Program-made: the position numbers and the translations under genes
IMG/VR virus record: IMGVR_UViG_3300042934_000547
Location: 124,001-188,000 of that record
Direction: 5' to 3' (one strand)
Length of the DNA: 64,000 nucleotides
Notes under the pieces: model-generated
The model's database searches: none
Told to the model about the DNA's origin: nothing
Seen by the model: the letters and a program-made list of their open reading frames with translations, nothing else
Part shown: piece by piece, positions 39,357-49,274 of the stretch
How positions within the stretch are numbered: the first letter of the stretch is position 1
Layout of the letters: each line of letters opens with the position of its first letter

Positions 39357-39935
39357 TTATATCCTCCTTAATATTGGCACTTGTGAAGCTGTTTTGATGT
39401 CATTTACTTGATAGTTAACCTGCTTACACGCTAACTCAAATTGTGGGTTATCAATAACCTGATTGATGTAACCAAATCTACGTACTGCTTCAATATACAT
39501 TGATGGACTTATATCTCCTATTGCATAAGAAGATTCTAACATACGCAATCCAGCATATTTACCACCCTGATAATCTACATTCATTGAAGGTATACCAAGA
39601 ATAATATCGAAATTCTCTCGTATATAATTGTGTAGTATCTCCAAGTAACCCATGTCAAATTCATCCTGAGTTACATAAATAAATATTGGTTCACTAGAAC
39701 CTAATAATCTAACTAAAAATGGTTTAGCATCATCAAGTTGCTTTCTGAATAATCTATTAGCTTCAACAGCATTATCTTCTATTATAGCTGTTACGGCATC
39801 GACCATTGGTATTAGACAAGCTAAATCTGGTAATATAGTTACATTAGGGTGAGTCATTGTTATCGACTCATACCCTAATGCATATGCAACACTACCTACT
39901 GGTAGACTATTTAGATTCGTTATTATATTTATCAT
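39357..39935 (-). CDS. Hypothetical protein
   Basis: GAGGA RBS. Confidence 0.6.
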   Translation of the reverse strand: MINIITNLNSLPVGSVAYALGYESITMTHPNVTILPDLACLIPMVDAVTAIIEDNAVEANRLFRKQLDDAKPFLVRLLGSSEPIFIYVTQDEFDMGYLEILHNYIRENFDIILGIPSMNVDYQGGKYAGLRMLESSYAIGDISPSMYIEAVRRFGYINQVIDNPQFELACKQVNYQVNDIKTASQVPILRRI

Positions 39936-41619
39936 TTTGTTCCTCTTTCTTTAAATTCTTAACGAATATTGAGTTTGGATCATTAGCCATGTTTTGCAGA
40001 CGGTCCATTAATGATTCATCCTCATTGAGAGTTGGATTAATTGTATCCTGAATTTTTTGATAATCTTCATCTAATTCTACTGGAACAATATCATCGTCTT
40101 CATCGTCATCATTTTCTATAGATACGCAATTAAATGTATCTCCCTCGAAACTGTTAACAAATTCTTCTACCGACTCCTTTTTAAGTTTATTATCCATAAT
40201 TGTATAAATCGATTCATCAACATTTGAATCAGCCTTAATTTCTTCCGGTGTTTCCTTAATAATTTCACTACCTAAAATCTTACCAGTTGATGTATCAATT
40301 GTTGCACGTATTGTGATTCCATCACTTACAGCAGCTTTATCTTCTGCTTTTATTTTGATTTCATCCTTAGCAACAACCAGTTTGGAAAAATCTACTTTAT
40401 CACCCTTATCGATGACATTGTTATCTATAGGTTTCAAACTAATTTCATCTTTCATTCTTACCATTTCATTGTCTGCTACTAGTTTCAATTTAGTTCCAAC
40501 AACATCTTTCAACTTTGGAACTGAATCATACTCTTCCTGAGTAACAACTTTATCCTCTATTACAATCACTTTTTTTAGAGGAGTTATTTCTTCTTTTTTG
40601 GCAATAAATGATTGGTAATTTTTATTTACCTTTGGTTCCACTTCTAATAATCTAAATCCTTTTCCCTCATTTACTGTTTTTGTTTCTACATCATATTTAT
40701 GAGGAACTGGTCCATCAACTTTAGGTGCTACTAATTTGCTTATATCAATTTTGTCAACACCATCATCTAATTGGTTACTCTTTTCTCCGCCAACTTCCTT
40801 TATGATTTGGTCTCCACATCTCAAAATTATTCTTTCATTTGATTTCATTATTTTGTTTCCTCCTATTATTTTTATGGAATCTGTTTTAATACTTAAATCT
40901 CTTGCATTATATCTTCTTCCGCATTTATCACATATCAATTCATTAAATCCATCGTCATAACCAATATGTCCCATACACGGTGTTCTCGATGGATCTTCTC
41001 TTTTGACATGGGTACAAAATACTTTTCCACCATCCATTGGATAAACATATGGAAAATCTATTATACCCGGTCCTCTTTTGAATACAGCCCAATTCATAAA
41101 ATAATTGGTTCCAAAGTCTGCCATAACATATTTACCGATAAAGTAATTTGTTATTATATCATATACATCAGATGCTATGTTTAAGAACTCCTGAGTATGA
41201 GTTATAGGTCGACCACGTTCTGCTGACAGCATAGTACCTTCAGGTGCTACTTCAAATATTTTCGAACAGAATGGTTTTAACATCTGTTGATTAATAAATT
41301 CAGCTGGATTATCTGTCAACGCTGTATGATCGACTGGAACTTTTACTATTATATCATTAAATTCGATTGGTCTATATATAACTCTGTTTGTTCCAGATGC
41401 AAATTTAACAAATCCCCTCGCTGTCATTATCTTATCAATTGCATCTTTCTTTTTCTTGAGCTTACCTGAATATCTAATTGATGAAGCAATATCATGTAAA
41501 TTTACAAAGTCATTTGTACTAAATGCTTGAAATATACTAAATGATGGTTTTAATTCATCAAATTCTACTTCTGAAGGTAATTTAACCTTATTGTATATTC
41601 TATCTAGCAACACAATCAA
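39907..41619 (-). CDS. Protein-kinase-like domain plus Zn ribbon plus acidic low-complexity tail
   Basis: SGTNRVIY, IVKVP, NPAEF, ADFG...NW, IIDF; C...C...CDKC. Confidence 0.6.
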   Translation of the reverse strand: MIVLLDRIYNKVKLPSEVEFDELKPSFSIFQAFSTNDFVNLHDIASSIRYSGKLKKKKDAIDKIMTARGFVKFASGTNRVIYRPIEFNDIIVKVPVDHTALTDNPAEFINQQMLKPFCSKIFEVAPEGTMLSAERGRPITHTQEFLNIASDVYDIITNYFIGKYVMADFGTNYFMNWAVFKRGPGIIDFPYVYPMDGGKVFCTHVKREDPSRTPCMGHIGYDDGFNELICDKCGRRYNARDLSIKTDSIKIIGGNKIMKSNERIILRCGDQIIKEVGGEKSNQLDDGVDKIDISKLVAPKVDGPVPHKYDVETKTVNEGKGFRLLEVEPKVNKNYQSFIAKKEEITPLKKVIVIEDKVVTQEEYDSVPKLKDVVGTKLKLVADNEMVRMKDEISLKPIDNNVIDKGDKVDFSKLVVAKDEIKIKAEDKAAVSDGITIRATIDTSTGKILGSEIIKETPEEIKADSNVDESIYTIMDNKLKKESVEEFVNSFEGDTFNCVSIENDDDEDDDIVPVELDEDYQKIQDTINPTLNEDESLMDRLQNMANDPNSIFVKNLKKEEQNDKYNNESK

Positions 41620-43229
41620 CCCTCCCTTCTAGGTGGTATGGTATCTTCAATTCTTATTGTACCCTTACCATCATACTTTCTAGCAAGTTCTGCTTCAAAA
41701 TTAATATCATTCAAAATATTCATTGGAATATTATCAGCTTTAATCGAATTAATAAATCTGTTCTTCTGTTCGAATGTTGCCATAGATGGTGCTGGTATTC
41801 TTACTTCAATATCATCTAGGTTAATATCTTCACCTCGTTCGATTGCTTCTATGATATTACCATATTGATCTCTATGACCGTACATATAACCTAGTTTCTT
41901 ATAAAGTCCTCTATTATATTGACTATTTATGTCAAACCTAAGTTTATTACTTCTATCCATCATTAATTGCTCATCATACATATCACCAAGCACTCTTAAC
42001 ATTTCTGCTTTACATGAGCATTTCTTTAACACTTCATTTTGTTTATCTCTTGATGCTTGTAACATTTTTGTCATATAACTTGTGTCATATGCGTCATTAA
42101 CTCCAGCCCTCAATACATAATCAGTTTTATTCTGTCCAAGTTTTATTTTTGCTTCTTCTGGACTTGTAAATAATTTAGGTTTGTCGGCTTCCATAACTTT
42201 CTTTAAATTTTTGAGAGCCTCTTCCCTTAATTCAGCTGAAGTTTTTCTAATTCCTTTATTTGCGTATTCATGTCCTATTCTAACACTCTCCAACATAATA
42301 GCACTCTGGTTATGCATATCAATTGCTTGTTGTTGGTGAGGTGGCATCCACGGATTCTTCTCTAATAAATCCATGATTGTCTTAGGTCTTTGTGGTTGTT
42401 GATTCGGAAACATCATTGGACTATTCATCTGTGGATTTTGTATTCCATCAATTCTATCCATCTGTTCCTTAATTCTTAAGTGATGACGTCTCTCATCATC
42501 ACTCAATCGAATCTCATTAATCACTTCAATTTGAGGTTCACTTGGATTCTTCATCTGTTCCTTCTCAAGTTGAATCTCTTTATATCTATCTTCCATATCA
42601 CTAACCACATCTTTTAAACCTCTGTAAATAGGTCTTCCGAGATTTGGCTTAGTTTCAATACCACGTATTTCATTAAAGTCTTTACGGTTTAATAATATAT
42701 TATTTGTAGCACTATAATATGTCATTCCTACATTTGCATTAGGGAATCTATTTTCAAATGCAAACTTACTCGCCATTGGATTCCCAACAAAATCTGGCTG
42801 TCTACCAAAGTTTGTATTTATTGTAGGAAATCTCATACCGGTATTAGGATAATAATTATTTGCGTACATATAATTCTGTTGTTCTGGAGCATATCCTCCA
42901 ATGCTAATATTGTTATCATAATTATAAGTCTCTGGTATATATACATTGTCATGTGGCATCGTTTCATATATGGCTTCATCACCGTATACCTGACGATTAT
43001 ACATCGGGTTCATTCTATCTGTTATATATTGATCGAATGCACTATCATCATATATTTCATCAGTTTGAAATCGACTCAACTTCACGCACTCTTCATTGTT
43101 CTGCATAACTTCTTCAATCGATGGTCTCTGAACAAAACTAGTTGGTCCCATATCAGGTTGATAATCATTGGGTTCTAATTTATTTAAGTAAAATCTGTTC
43201 TCGTTTGGATCATAGTAATTTTGCAACAT
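41616..43229 (-). CDS. Early hypothetical protein with long N/Y/P/Q-rich disordered region
   Basis: 537 aa, compositional bias, GGGAG RBS. Confidence 0.65.
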   Translation of the reverse strand: MLQNYYDPNENRFYLNKLEPNDYQPDMGPTSFVQRPSIEEVMQNNEECVKLSRFQTDEIYDDSAFDQYITDRMNPMYNRQVYGDEAIYETMPHDNVYIPETYNYDNNISIGGYAPEQQNYMYANNYYPNTGMRFPTINTNFGRQPDFVGNPMASKFAFENRFPNANVGMTYYSATNNILLNRKDFNEIRGIETKPNLGRPIYRGLKDVVSDMEDRYKEIQLEKEQMKNPSEPQIEVINEIRLSDDERRHHLRIKEQMDRIDGIQNPQMNSPMMFPNQQPQRPKTIMDLLEKNPWMPPHQQQAIDMHNQSAIMLESVRIGHEYANKGIRKTSAELREEALKNLKKVMEADKPKLFTSPEEAKIKLGQNKTDYVLRAGVNDAYDTSYMTKMLQASRDKQNEVLKKCSCKAEMLRVLGDMYDEQLMMDRSNKLRFDINSQYNRGLYKKLGYMYGHRDQYGNIIEAIERGEDINLDDIEVRIPAPSMATFEQKNRFINSIKADNIPMNILNDINFEAELARKYDGKGTIRIEDTIPPRREG

Positions 43230-43248
43230 CTTGTTGTTCTCCCTCTTA

Positions 43249-43560
43249 TTATTTTATTTCCAACTCCGTTTTACAATATGGACATGTAAATATCTTTACG
43301 TTACCCATTTGTATCACTTTAGTTTCCCATCCATTTTTAAATATTATATGATTGCACATAGGGCATCGTTTAGATTTAGTTATAGATGTATACACAATAA
43401 GTCTCGCTTGTGATATATCTATTTTATTTAATTTCATTTGATTTAGTTCTTCTCCTAAACCTGTTACGTCTTCTTCTTCTTGTTCTATTTCTTTTTTCTT
43501 AAATATACCTGTAAAGAATTTCTTTACAAGATAGCTATAATATATTATATGGTCTAACAT
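43249..43560 (-). CDS. Early zinc-ribbon protein
   Basis: CPMC...CPYC; TATATTATA at 43587-43595. Confidence 0.7.
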   Translation of the reverse strand: MLDHIIYYSYLVKKFFTGIFKKKEIEQEEEDVTGLGEELNQMKLNKIDISQARLIVYTSITKSKRCPMCNHIIFKNGWETKVIQMGNVKIFTCPYCKTELEIK

Positions 43561-43658
43561 TTGTTGTCCTCCTTCAATATTATTACTATAATATATACTT
43601 ATTCACTATATTAAATAGTTTTTCAAATATTAATATTAAAATTTCTGGCATAGAAAAA

Positions 43659-43684
43659 TGGGATAACTAATTAAAGTTATCCCA
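43659..43684 (-). terminator. Intrinsic terminator
   Basis: TGGGATAACT-aattaa-AGTTATCCCA. Confidence 0.8.
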
Positions 43685-43694
43685 ATTGATTTTA

Positions 43695-44042
43695 TTATAT
43701 ACAAAAATAAGATAATGCTTCCTTAACTTCATCCGGTAAATTTGGCGGATAAGAGAAAAACATTCTATCTTTATTTACTACTATACCTAAATTTGGTTTA
43801 TATTCGGGCAACCCGAATAACCAGCTTCCTAATGTATTTACAGATACTTCATTACTGTCGTATTGTATCACAATTGGTTCATCAGTTTCAATTTTGGCGA
43901 AATAGATTTTGTTAAACTTTTTCTTAAAAACCTTTCTAATGTTCACCATTGTTTTTACATAGTTATCCTTAACAAACTCTGGTTTAATTTCTTTTCTGGA
44001 AGTTTGTTTAGATAAACCCCTCAAACAAATACTCTCTGTCAT
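43695..44042 (-). CDS. Hypothetical protein
   Basis: Overlaps the RNase H stop. Confidence 0.6.
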   Translation of the reverse strand: MTESICLRGLSKQTSRKEIKPEFVKDNYVKTMVNIRKVFKKKFNKIYFAKIETDEPIVIQYDSNEVSVNTLGSWLFGLPEYKPNLGIVVNKDRMFFSYPPNLPDEVKEALSYFCI

Positions 44043-44713
44043 ATATAACGCTCCTTACTAATCAATTTAATATAGTTTTCGACGATTTCCTTTTTCATGC
44101 TGTTATGAGAATCTGTTCTATCAGAACTATACTTATTATTCATATTGTCCTCGATAAGCAGATTTCTGGTAATTTTATCTATTTTATCGTTAAAATAAGA
44201 AATCTCTTTAATAAAATTAATATCTGTTATGTTTTGTTTATTTGATTTGTTGAATACATTTCTAGCATTCTCTAATGATGAATCACTCTGCTTCACATGA
44301 CCTTTTTGATGGTAAAATCTTAAATCTAAACCACTATCTAGTATTAATTTCATACAGTATATAAGTTTTTCTTGATTTTTAACAATCCCATTACCACCAT
44401 AGAAGTTTCCATCTTTAAATCTCCAATTATGTACCCATTCTCTCAAGCTATTTATACAAATTAATGAATCAGAAAAAATATTAAATTTGGTAGTACCATA
44501 CGTATTATGAAAGTTTTTTGCTATTTTGATACCCAAAATTATTCCTTCTAGTTCCCCTCTGTTATTTGTTGTGTCTGAAATCACTTTGCCAAAAGCATTA
44601 GTGTATTCTTTTGATTTTATAATAGCTCCTGCACATGAATATGTAGTACCCTTATATATTCTCACTGAGGCGTCGGTAAAAATATTTACCCTGTTTTCGT
44701 AATCTAATTTCAT
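44039..44713 (-). CDS. rnhA: Ribonuclease HI
   Basis: FTDAS, TNNRGEL, FSDS, KGH, NDKID; TATATTATA at 44744-44752. Confidence 0.9.
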   Translation of the reverse strand: MKLDYENRVNIFTDASVRIYKGTTYSCAGAIIKSKEYTNAFGKVISDTTNNRGELEGIILGIKIAKNFHNTYGTTKFNIFSDSLICINSLREWVHNWRFKDGNFYGGNGIVKNQEKLIYCMKLILDSGLDLRFYHQKGHVKQSDSSLENARNVFNKSNKQNITDINFIKEISYFNDKIDKITRNLLIEDNMNNKYSSDRTDSHNSMKKEIVENYIKLISKERYI

Positions 44714-44767
44714 TTTGTTGTCCTCCTAAAATATTATCGAATATATAATATATACTTCTAATATGTT

Positions 44768-45394
44768 TTATTCAGTACATAAATTGATATTTAAACTTTG
44801 TTTCAAAAATAAAGCTTGATTAAGAATCTGGTTGAAATTAGTCATTTCATTTAGATCGTTGCATTCTTCGATCACTGATTCTTTTGGAAGTAAAACGTAA
44901 ATGTTCTCAGGCTCAATATTATGATATTCTAAAAGTTGTGATACGCAATAGTCAATGTTCATATTTTGGTGCTCATTGATATAATTGTGTAATATTTCTC
45001 CCGGTATTATATATACATATCCCGGGTCATTCCCCAAATGAGTTTCTACTATTGGAATATTCTCTTCACTGTATATAAAAGTAGACACTTTAGATTCATC
45101 AGTGTTTAGACCATTACATATCTGAGAAGCTACTTCACTTAATGAAAGTCCAGTATTTCTAGATACCAACATCGCCGTTGTGTGATCTATATCCACGATG
45201 CTTGAAAAGTCTTCTTTTAATGAAGAAACAAAAGATATATCATTAAATACGTCTTTACCATTCCAAAACGGAATATTATAAGATTCATCAAGATATTGTT
45301 TCTTTATCGTTTCTATAACAGATGAATTTTCTCCAATAATTCCATTTATCAAATATTCAGTTTGTTTTAAATCATCCATATTATTTGTTGTCAT
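44768..45394 (-). CDS. Acidic hypothetical protein, possibly virion-associated
   Basis: Late-type operon. Confidence 0.55.
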   Translation of the reverse strand: MTTNNMDDLKQTEYLINGIIGENSSVIETIKKQYLDESYNIPFWNGKDVFNDISFVSSLKEDFSSIVDIDHTTAMLVSRNTGLSLSEVASQICNGLNTDESKVSTFIYSEENIPIVETHLGNDPGYVYIIPGEILHNYINEHQNMNIDYCVSQLLEYHNIEPENIYVLLPKESVIEECNDLNEMTNFNQILNQALFLKQSLNINLCTE

Positions 45395-46154
45395 CCTCCT
45401 TTTTTATTCTTATTATAGGACATGTGTTCATTAATTGCCCATACATTGAGTTTTGCGTAATTAATTTTCGTTCCTCTAATGTTTCTAGTAGATTATCGTA
45501 TGAAGAAACTTTATTCAACTCATGTTCCACATATAAATAATCCGTATCAAGGATATTATTATGCGGTGCTGAATGTGCCAAATACATAGCATCATAAGAT
45601 TTTTTCATGATGTATCTTTCCATAGCACTATCAGGAACATAAGCTCCATAAATTCTTAAAAATTCTTCATAGTTTCCCCTAACACTTGACATCGGGATCT
45701 GATAAAACTGATTATGAACTAATTCATGAGGAGTTTCTGATAATGGTATCAACCCTACCAATCCAATATAATGTAAATACGTAACTTCCATAGCAATCAT
45801 TTCAACTTCACAATTTTGACCTGAAGCTAAACGTTTATTATAGACTGTTTCAGATATATCATATAATGTAAATGGCTCATGATGAACGTGTATTTTAATT
45901 TTCCTGTTTTCCAGACAAGAAACATTTTGAAATATTGCACATCTATGGAACCCTTTATATTTCTTAAGAAATTCTATTATTTGTCTATATTCAAATGAAT
46001 TTCTACATACATATTCTATATCTTTAATAAATTTATCATATTGATTTGGTTCAGTTAAATCATAATCTATTTTGTCAAACTCCGGTATATTCTCGAGTTT
46101 TAAGGTACTAACTGCATGATTGGTATCAATACTTTTCTTTGCTACATATTTCAT
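45381..46154 (-). CDS. HNH-like (His-Me finger) protein
   Basis: RC...HVHHEPFTLYDI...LIPLSETPHELVHN. Confidence 0.6.
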   Translation of the reverse strand: MKYVAKKSIDTNHAVSTLKLENIPEFDKIDYDLTEPNQYDKFIKDIEYVCRNSFEYRQIIEFLKKYKGFHRCAIFQNVSCLENRKIKIHVHHEPFTLYDISETVYNKRLASGQNCEVEMIAMEVTYLHYIGLVGLIPLSETPHELVHNQFYQIPMSSVRGNYEEFLRIYGAYVPDSAMERYIMKKSYDAMYLAHSAPHNNILDTDYLYVEHELNKVSSYDNLLETLEERKLITQNSMYGQLMNTCPIIRIKKEDDNK

Positions 46155-46155
46155 A

Positions 46156-46245
46156 TTAAATCATACCTTTCGTTTTAGCACCAACATAGATTATACCTAT
46201 TGATAATAATCCTGACAATAAGCTATTAAGAATCTCTCCTAGCAT
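46156..46245 (-). CDS. Small TM peptide (29 aa; not in ORF track)
   Basis: MLGEILNSLLSGLLSIGIIYVGAKTKGMI; AAAGGAG RBS; AACA-N6-TA at 46308-46319. Confidence 0.65.
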   Translation of the reverse strand: MLGEILNSLLSGLLSIGIIYVGAKTKGMI

Positions 46246-46385
46246 ACTTAACTCCTTTCTTTATATCATAATTATTGTGCCCTGAGTTATATTTTATTTT
46301 ATTGCTTTATCTGTATGTTAAAACTTACCCATGTATGCATATCTAAAGAAAAAAAATAAAGAGGGAAGTTATTCCCCCTTTTTAT

Positions 46386-47207
46386 TTAATGATTATGGTT
46401 ACATCCACACGATTGTTCACCAGTATGAACATGACCGCAATTACAGTCACGAGGTTCTCTAGTCTGAATTTGTGGATTTCTTATAATCGGACTACCTCCA
46501 ATAATGTAATTAATATATGTGGTTGTAAATAACAAAGTTGGATGATCATTACCACCCACAGTCAAAGTCATTTTTGTCATAAGATCATTTTCATCAAATT
46601 CATATTGGATATGTTTAGCCCCTGTAACAGATTCTTCCAGCACTTGACCTAAATCATTATCACGATATATCATGTGCGAAAGTTCATTACCATCTTCACC
46701 GATAACTATTTCACTCTTTTTGTTTGGTGAATTTGGATAAAACTCGCCTGTTACCTTAAACCCATCAATTTCAAATGAATATTTATCACCATCGATTTTA
46801 ATATCATATAACGTTTCAATCAAAGCTTCTTTATTTTCTGAATCTTGAGAATCTACCGAATGTTTAATCATTCTTATTGGTCTTTCTAATTCATTGAATT
46901 CAGTATCCATATAATTTAAATAAAGACTACCACTTCTAGTTGTTTCAGTAAATTTGCTTTTTGTAAGTTTGTTATTTTCGTCATAAAAATTTTCTGTTAT
47001 AGAACTCGGTTCAATTTTTCTAATTATTTTATCAGTATCTTGTAAATAACTAATTGTTTTTTGATTACCTACATAAATAGACGTTTCATCATTAATACGA
47101 ACAATTCTTCCGAGTTCATCAGTAAACATCAATGCGTGAAAGCATTCTCCTTCGTTTACAACCTTTCTTGTCACTAATATCTTTTTATTTGCTAAATTTT
47201 CATTCAT
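46386..47207 (-). CDS. Stand-alone YD-repeat-like early protein with His/Cys-rich tail
   Basis: TDELGRIVR, FYDENNKL, YEFDENDL; tail CNCGHVH...CGCNHNH; start moved to MNEN. Confidence 0.7.
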   Translation of the reverse strand: MNENLANKKILVTRKVVNEGECFHALMFTDELGRIVRINDETSIYVGNQKTISYLQDTDKIIRKIEPSSITENFYDENNKLTKSKFTETTRSGSLYLNYMDTEFNELERPIRMIKHSVDSQDSENKEALIETLYDIKIDGDKYSFEIDGFKVTGEFYPNSPNKKSEIVIGEDGNELSHMIYRDNDLGQVLEESVTGAKHIQYEFDENDLMTKMTLTVGGNDHPTLLFTTTYINYIIGGSPIIRNPQIQTREPRDCNCGHVHTGEQSCGCNHNH

Positions 47208-47225
47208 TTTATTACCCTTTCTTTG

Positions 47226-47273
47226 CCTCATTTTAGGATAAGATATGAGGTCTTACACATTATTTTCTTATCC
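47226..47273 (-). promoter_or_regulatory. Predicted 5'-leader pseudoknot, copy D
   Basis: S1 GGATAAGA/TCTTATCC, S2 CCTCAT/ATGAGG, AAATAA loop. Confidence 0.75.
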
Positions 47274-47278
47274 ATATC

Positions 47279-47311
47279 TATAATATACATTTGAAATAAG
47301 TTATATTTACA
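47279..47311 (-). promoter_or_regulatory. Bipartite early-type promoter TGTAAA-N18-TATATTATA
   Basis: + TATAATATA 47279-47287, TTTACA 47306-47311. Confidence 0.8.
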
Positions 47312-47340
47312 TGGGGAGTGAATATTCACTCCCATTATTT

Positions 47341-48030
47341 TTAATTAAAAATTCGGTTATAAAATGTAGTGGTGGTTTCTTCTGTATTATTATCTTTATG
47401 AGACACTTTCTTAGTTAATAATCCATTTTCGTCATATGTATATTTAGTTAACTTTCCATATTGACATGTTGAGTACCATTGATTTAATGGATTATCAATG
47501 TAAAAATTATGTATAACAACAGTATCTGTTTTTATTACCGTTGCTTTATATTCTTTCTTACGTGAAGAATTTGGGAAATAAGTAAAGTCCAATTTTCTGC
47601 CATTTATGATAAAAGTGTATGTATCATTAACTATAGTAGCATCCATGATTGTTTTTTCCTTTTTGGGATCTATATCACCAAAAATAGAATCAGTACTACC
47701 CTTAGTGATCTGTATTATTCTCCCTAACTCATCATATGAAAATATCCATATAAAAAGGTTTACACCATCTACGTCTTTTGTATACTCCCTACCTACTTCC
47801 AATTTACCGTTTTCATCATAGACATATTCGCCACACATTGTAGAACTTATTTTAATGATTTTGTCAGTATCATTGAAGTATTCGATATTTTCTGACGATC
47901 TCGTATACTTCTTTTCCCTCCTTACAATTCTACCGAGTCTATCGGTAAACATCAGTGAATGAAATTGTTCCTCACCATTATTCTTTCTCTTTGTTACCAA
48001 AATTACTTTCTTTTCCAAATTTTTGTTCAT
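47341..48030 (-). CDS. Stand-alone YD-repeat early protein (paralog of 46386..47207)
   Basis: FHSLMFTDRLGRIVR, YVYDENGKL, YDELGRI, YTYDENGLL; TATATTATA at 48087-48095. Confidence 0.75.
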   Translation of the reverse strand: MNKNLEKKVILVTKRKNNGEEQFHSLMFTDRLGRIVRREKKYTRSSENIEYFNDTDKIIKISSTMCGEYVYDENGKLEVGREYTKDVDGVNLFIWIFSYDELGRIIQITKGSTDSIFGDIDPKKEKTIMDATIVNDTYTFIINGRKLDFTYFPNSSRKKEYKATVIKTDTVVIHNFYIDNPLNQWYSTCQYGKLTKYTYDENGLLTKKVSHKDNNTEETTTTFYNRIFN

Positions 48031-48125
48031 CTTGTTTATTCTCCTTTTTAGGTTTTTAAATAAAAATCTATGTTTTTATTCATATCTATAATATATACTT
48101 GAAAAAATAACTAGAGAAAAAAGAA

Positions 48126-48149
48126 GGAGGATGAAATTAATCATCCTCC
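48126..48149 (-). terminator. Intrinsic terminator after dut
   Basis: GGAGGATGA-aattaa-TCATCCTCC. Confidence 0.8.
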
Positions 48150-48157
48150 ATTATTAT

Positions 48158-48685
48158 TTACTTTCCAGTTGAGCCAAAGCCCTTCTCACCACGAGATGAT
48201 GGGGATAATTGTTTTTTAATTACCAGCTTATCAGGTTTAATTCCAGTAGATATAACTAGTTGAGCGATTCTATCACCGATAGAAACTATATATTCACTTT
48301 CACCTAAATTGAATAATACTACCTGAATTTCTCCTCGATAAGATTCATCTATTGTTCCCGGACTATTAAGAACAAATAAATCATGCTTACGAGCTAGTCC
48401 ACTTCTACTACGAACATCGGCGTATAATTCTTCCCAAGGGTTTAATCTGATATTAATAGACGATAAATCAATCCAAGTTCCAGTTGGTATGATTCGTTTT
48501 GATTTAGGTGGAATAGTAACATTTATAGTGCTTTGTAAATCCATTCCTATAGAACCTTCATCTTCGAATTTAGGTAAGAATTTTTCATCTGTAACCTTTA
48601 CATCCATTGTGATTTTTGGTATATTTGGTAGTGCTGACAGTGTACCAGTAAAACACATTTCTGAATTAACTATTAAATTATCCAT
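48158..48685 (-). CDS. dut: Trimeric dUTPase
   Basis: All five motifs: GMDL, RSRSGLA, GTIDESYRGEI, GDRIAQL, RGEKGFGSTG. Confidence 0.95.
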   Translation of the reverse strand: MDNLIVNSEMCFTGTLSALPNIPKITMDVKVTDEKFLPKFEDEGSIGMDLQSTINVTIPPKSKRIIPTGTWIDLSSINIRLNPWEELYADVRSRSGLARKHDLFVLNSPGTIDESYRGEIQVVLFNLGESEYIVSIGDRIAQLVISTGIKPDKLVIKKQLSPSSRGEKGFGSTGK

Positions 48686-48742
48686 TATAAACTCCTATTT
48701 ATTATATTTGATTTTATCTTATAGTTGATCATAAAGATTTTT

Positions 48743-49201
48743 TTAAATTTGTGGGAATAGTACGATATCTCTATATTGGGTCAAAATCAAAAATTCCCTT
48801 ATAGCCCTCACATGTCCTAGTTCCTCAATCCCATCTGTAATTAAAGTAAAATCCTTTTGTAATGTCTCTAACCTACTTATTATTAGATCATAATCATCTG
48901 CTGTTGAGCTACGAGTATTATAAATGAATGCATCTAATATACCGAACAATTCCGTTCGTTTATTATCACAATCTTCATTTATGAGAGGTAGACTTTGTTC
49001 TGGTGTGAGGTTTAATGAAACTTTAATTAATTCTACCTCTTGTTTAATTGCTAAGTCGCATGAAGCTAATTCAGTCTCTATTGATAGCTTAAGATCAGGT
49101 GATAAAGTTGTATCACTATAATTACTAAGTATTTCTTTTAATTCATCATTCTTTTTAATCAATGATCTTAAATTATTAAAACTAATTTTTTCATATATCA
49201 T
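48743..49201 (-). CDS. Hypothetical helical protein
   Basis: GGAGG RBS; GACA-N6-TA at 49229-49240. Confidence 0.6.
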   Translation of the reverse strand: MIYEKISFNNLRSLIKKNDELKEILSNYSDTTLSPDLKLSIETELASCDLAIKQEVELIKVSLNLTPEQSLPLINEDCDNKRTELFGILDAFIYNTRSSTADDYDLIISRLETLQKDFTLITDGIEELGHVRAIREFLILTQYRDIVLFPQI

Positions 49202-49274
49202 AATATATTACCTCCAATATTGGTTAATTAGAATAGTGTCATAAAAAAGAAAGAGAGGGAATCCCCTCCTTTCA

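Noticed and set aside
48031-48086. Pseudoknot in the leaders at 48031-48086 and 50897-50962
   Set aside because: Only a simple AT-rich hairpin, no convincing second stem, and no TGTAAA-N18 element.
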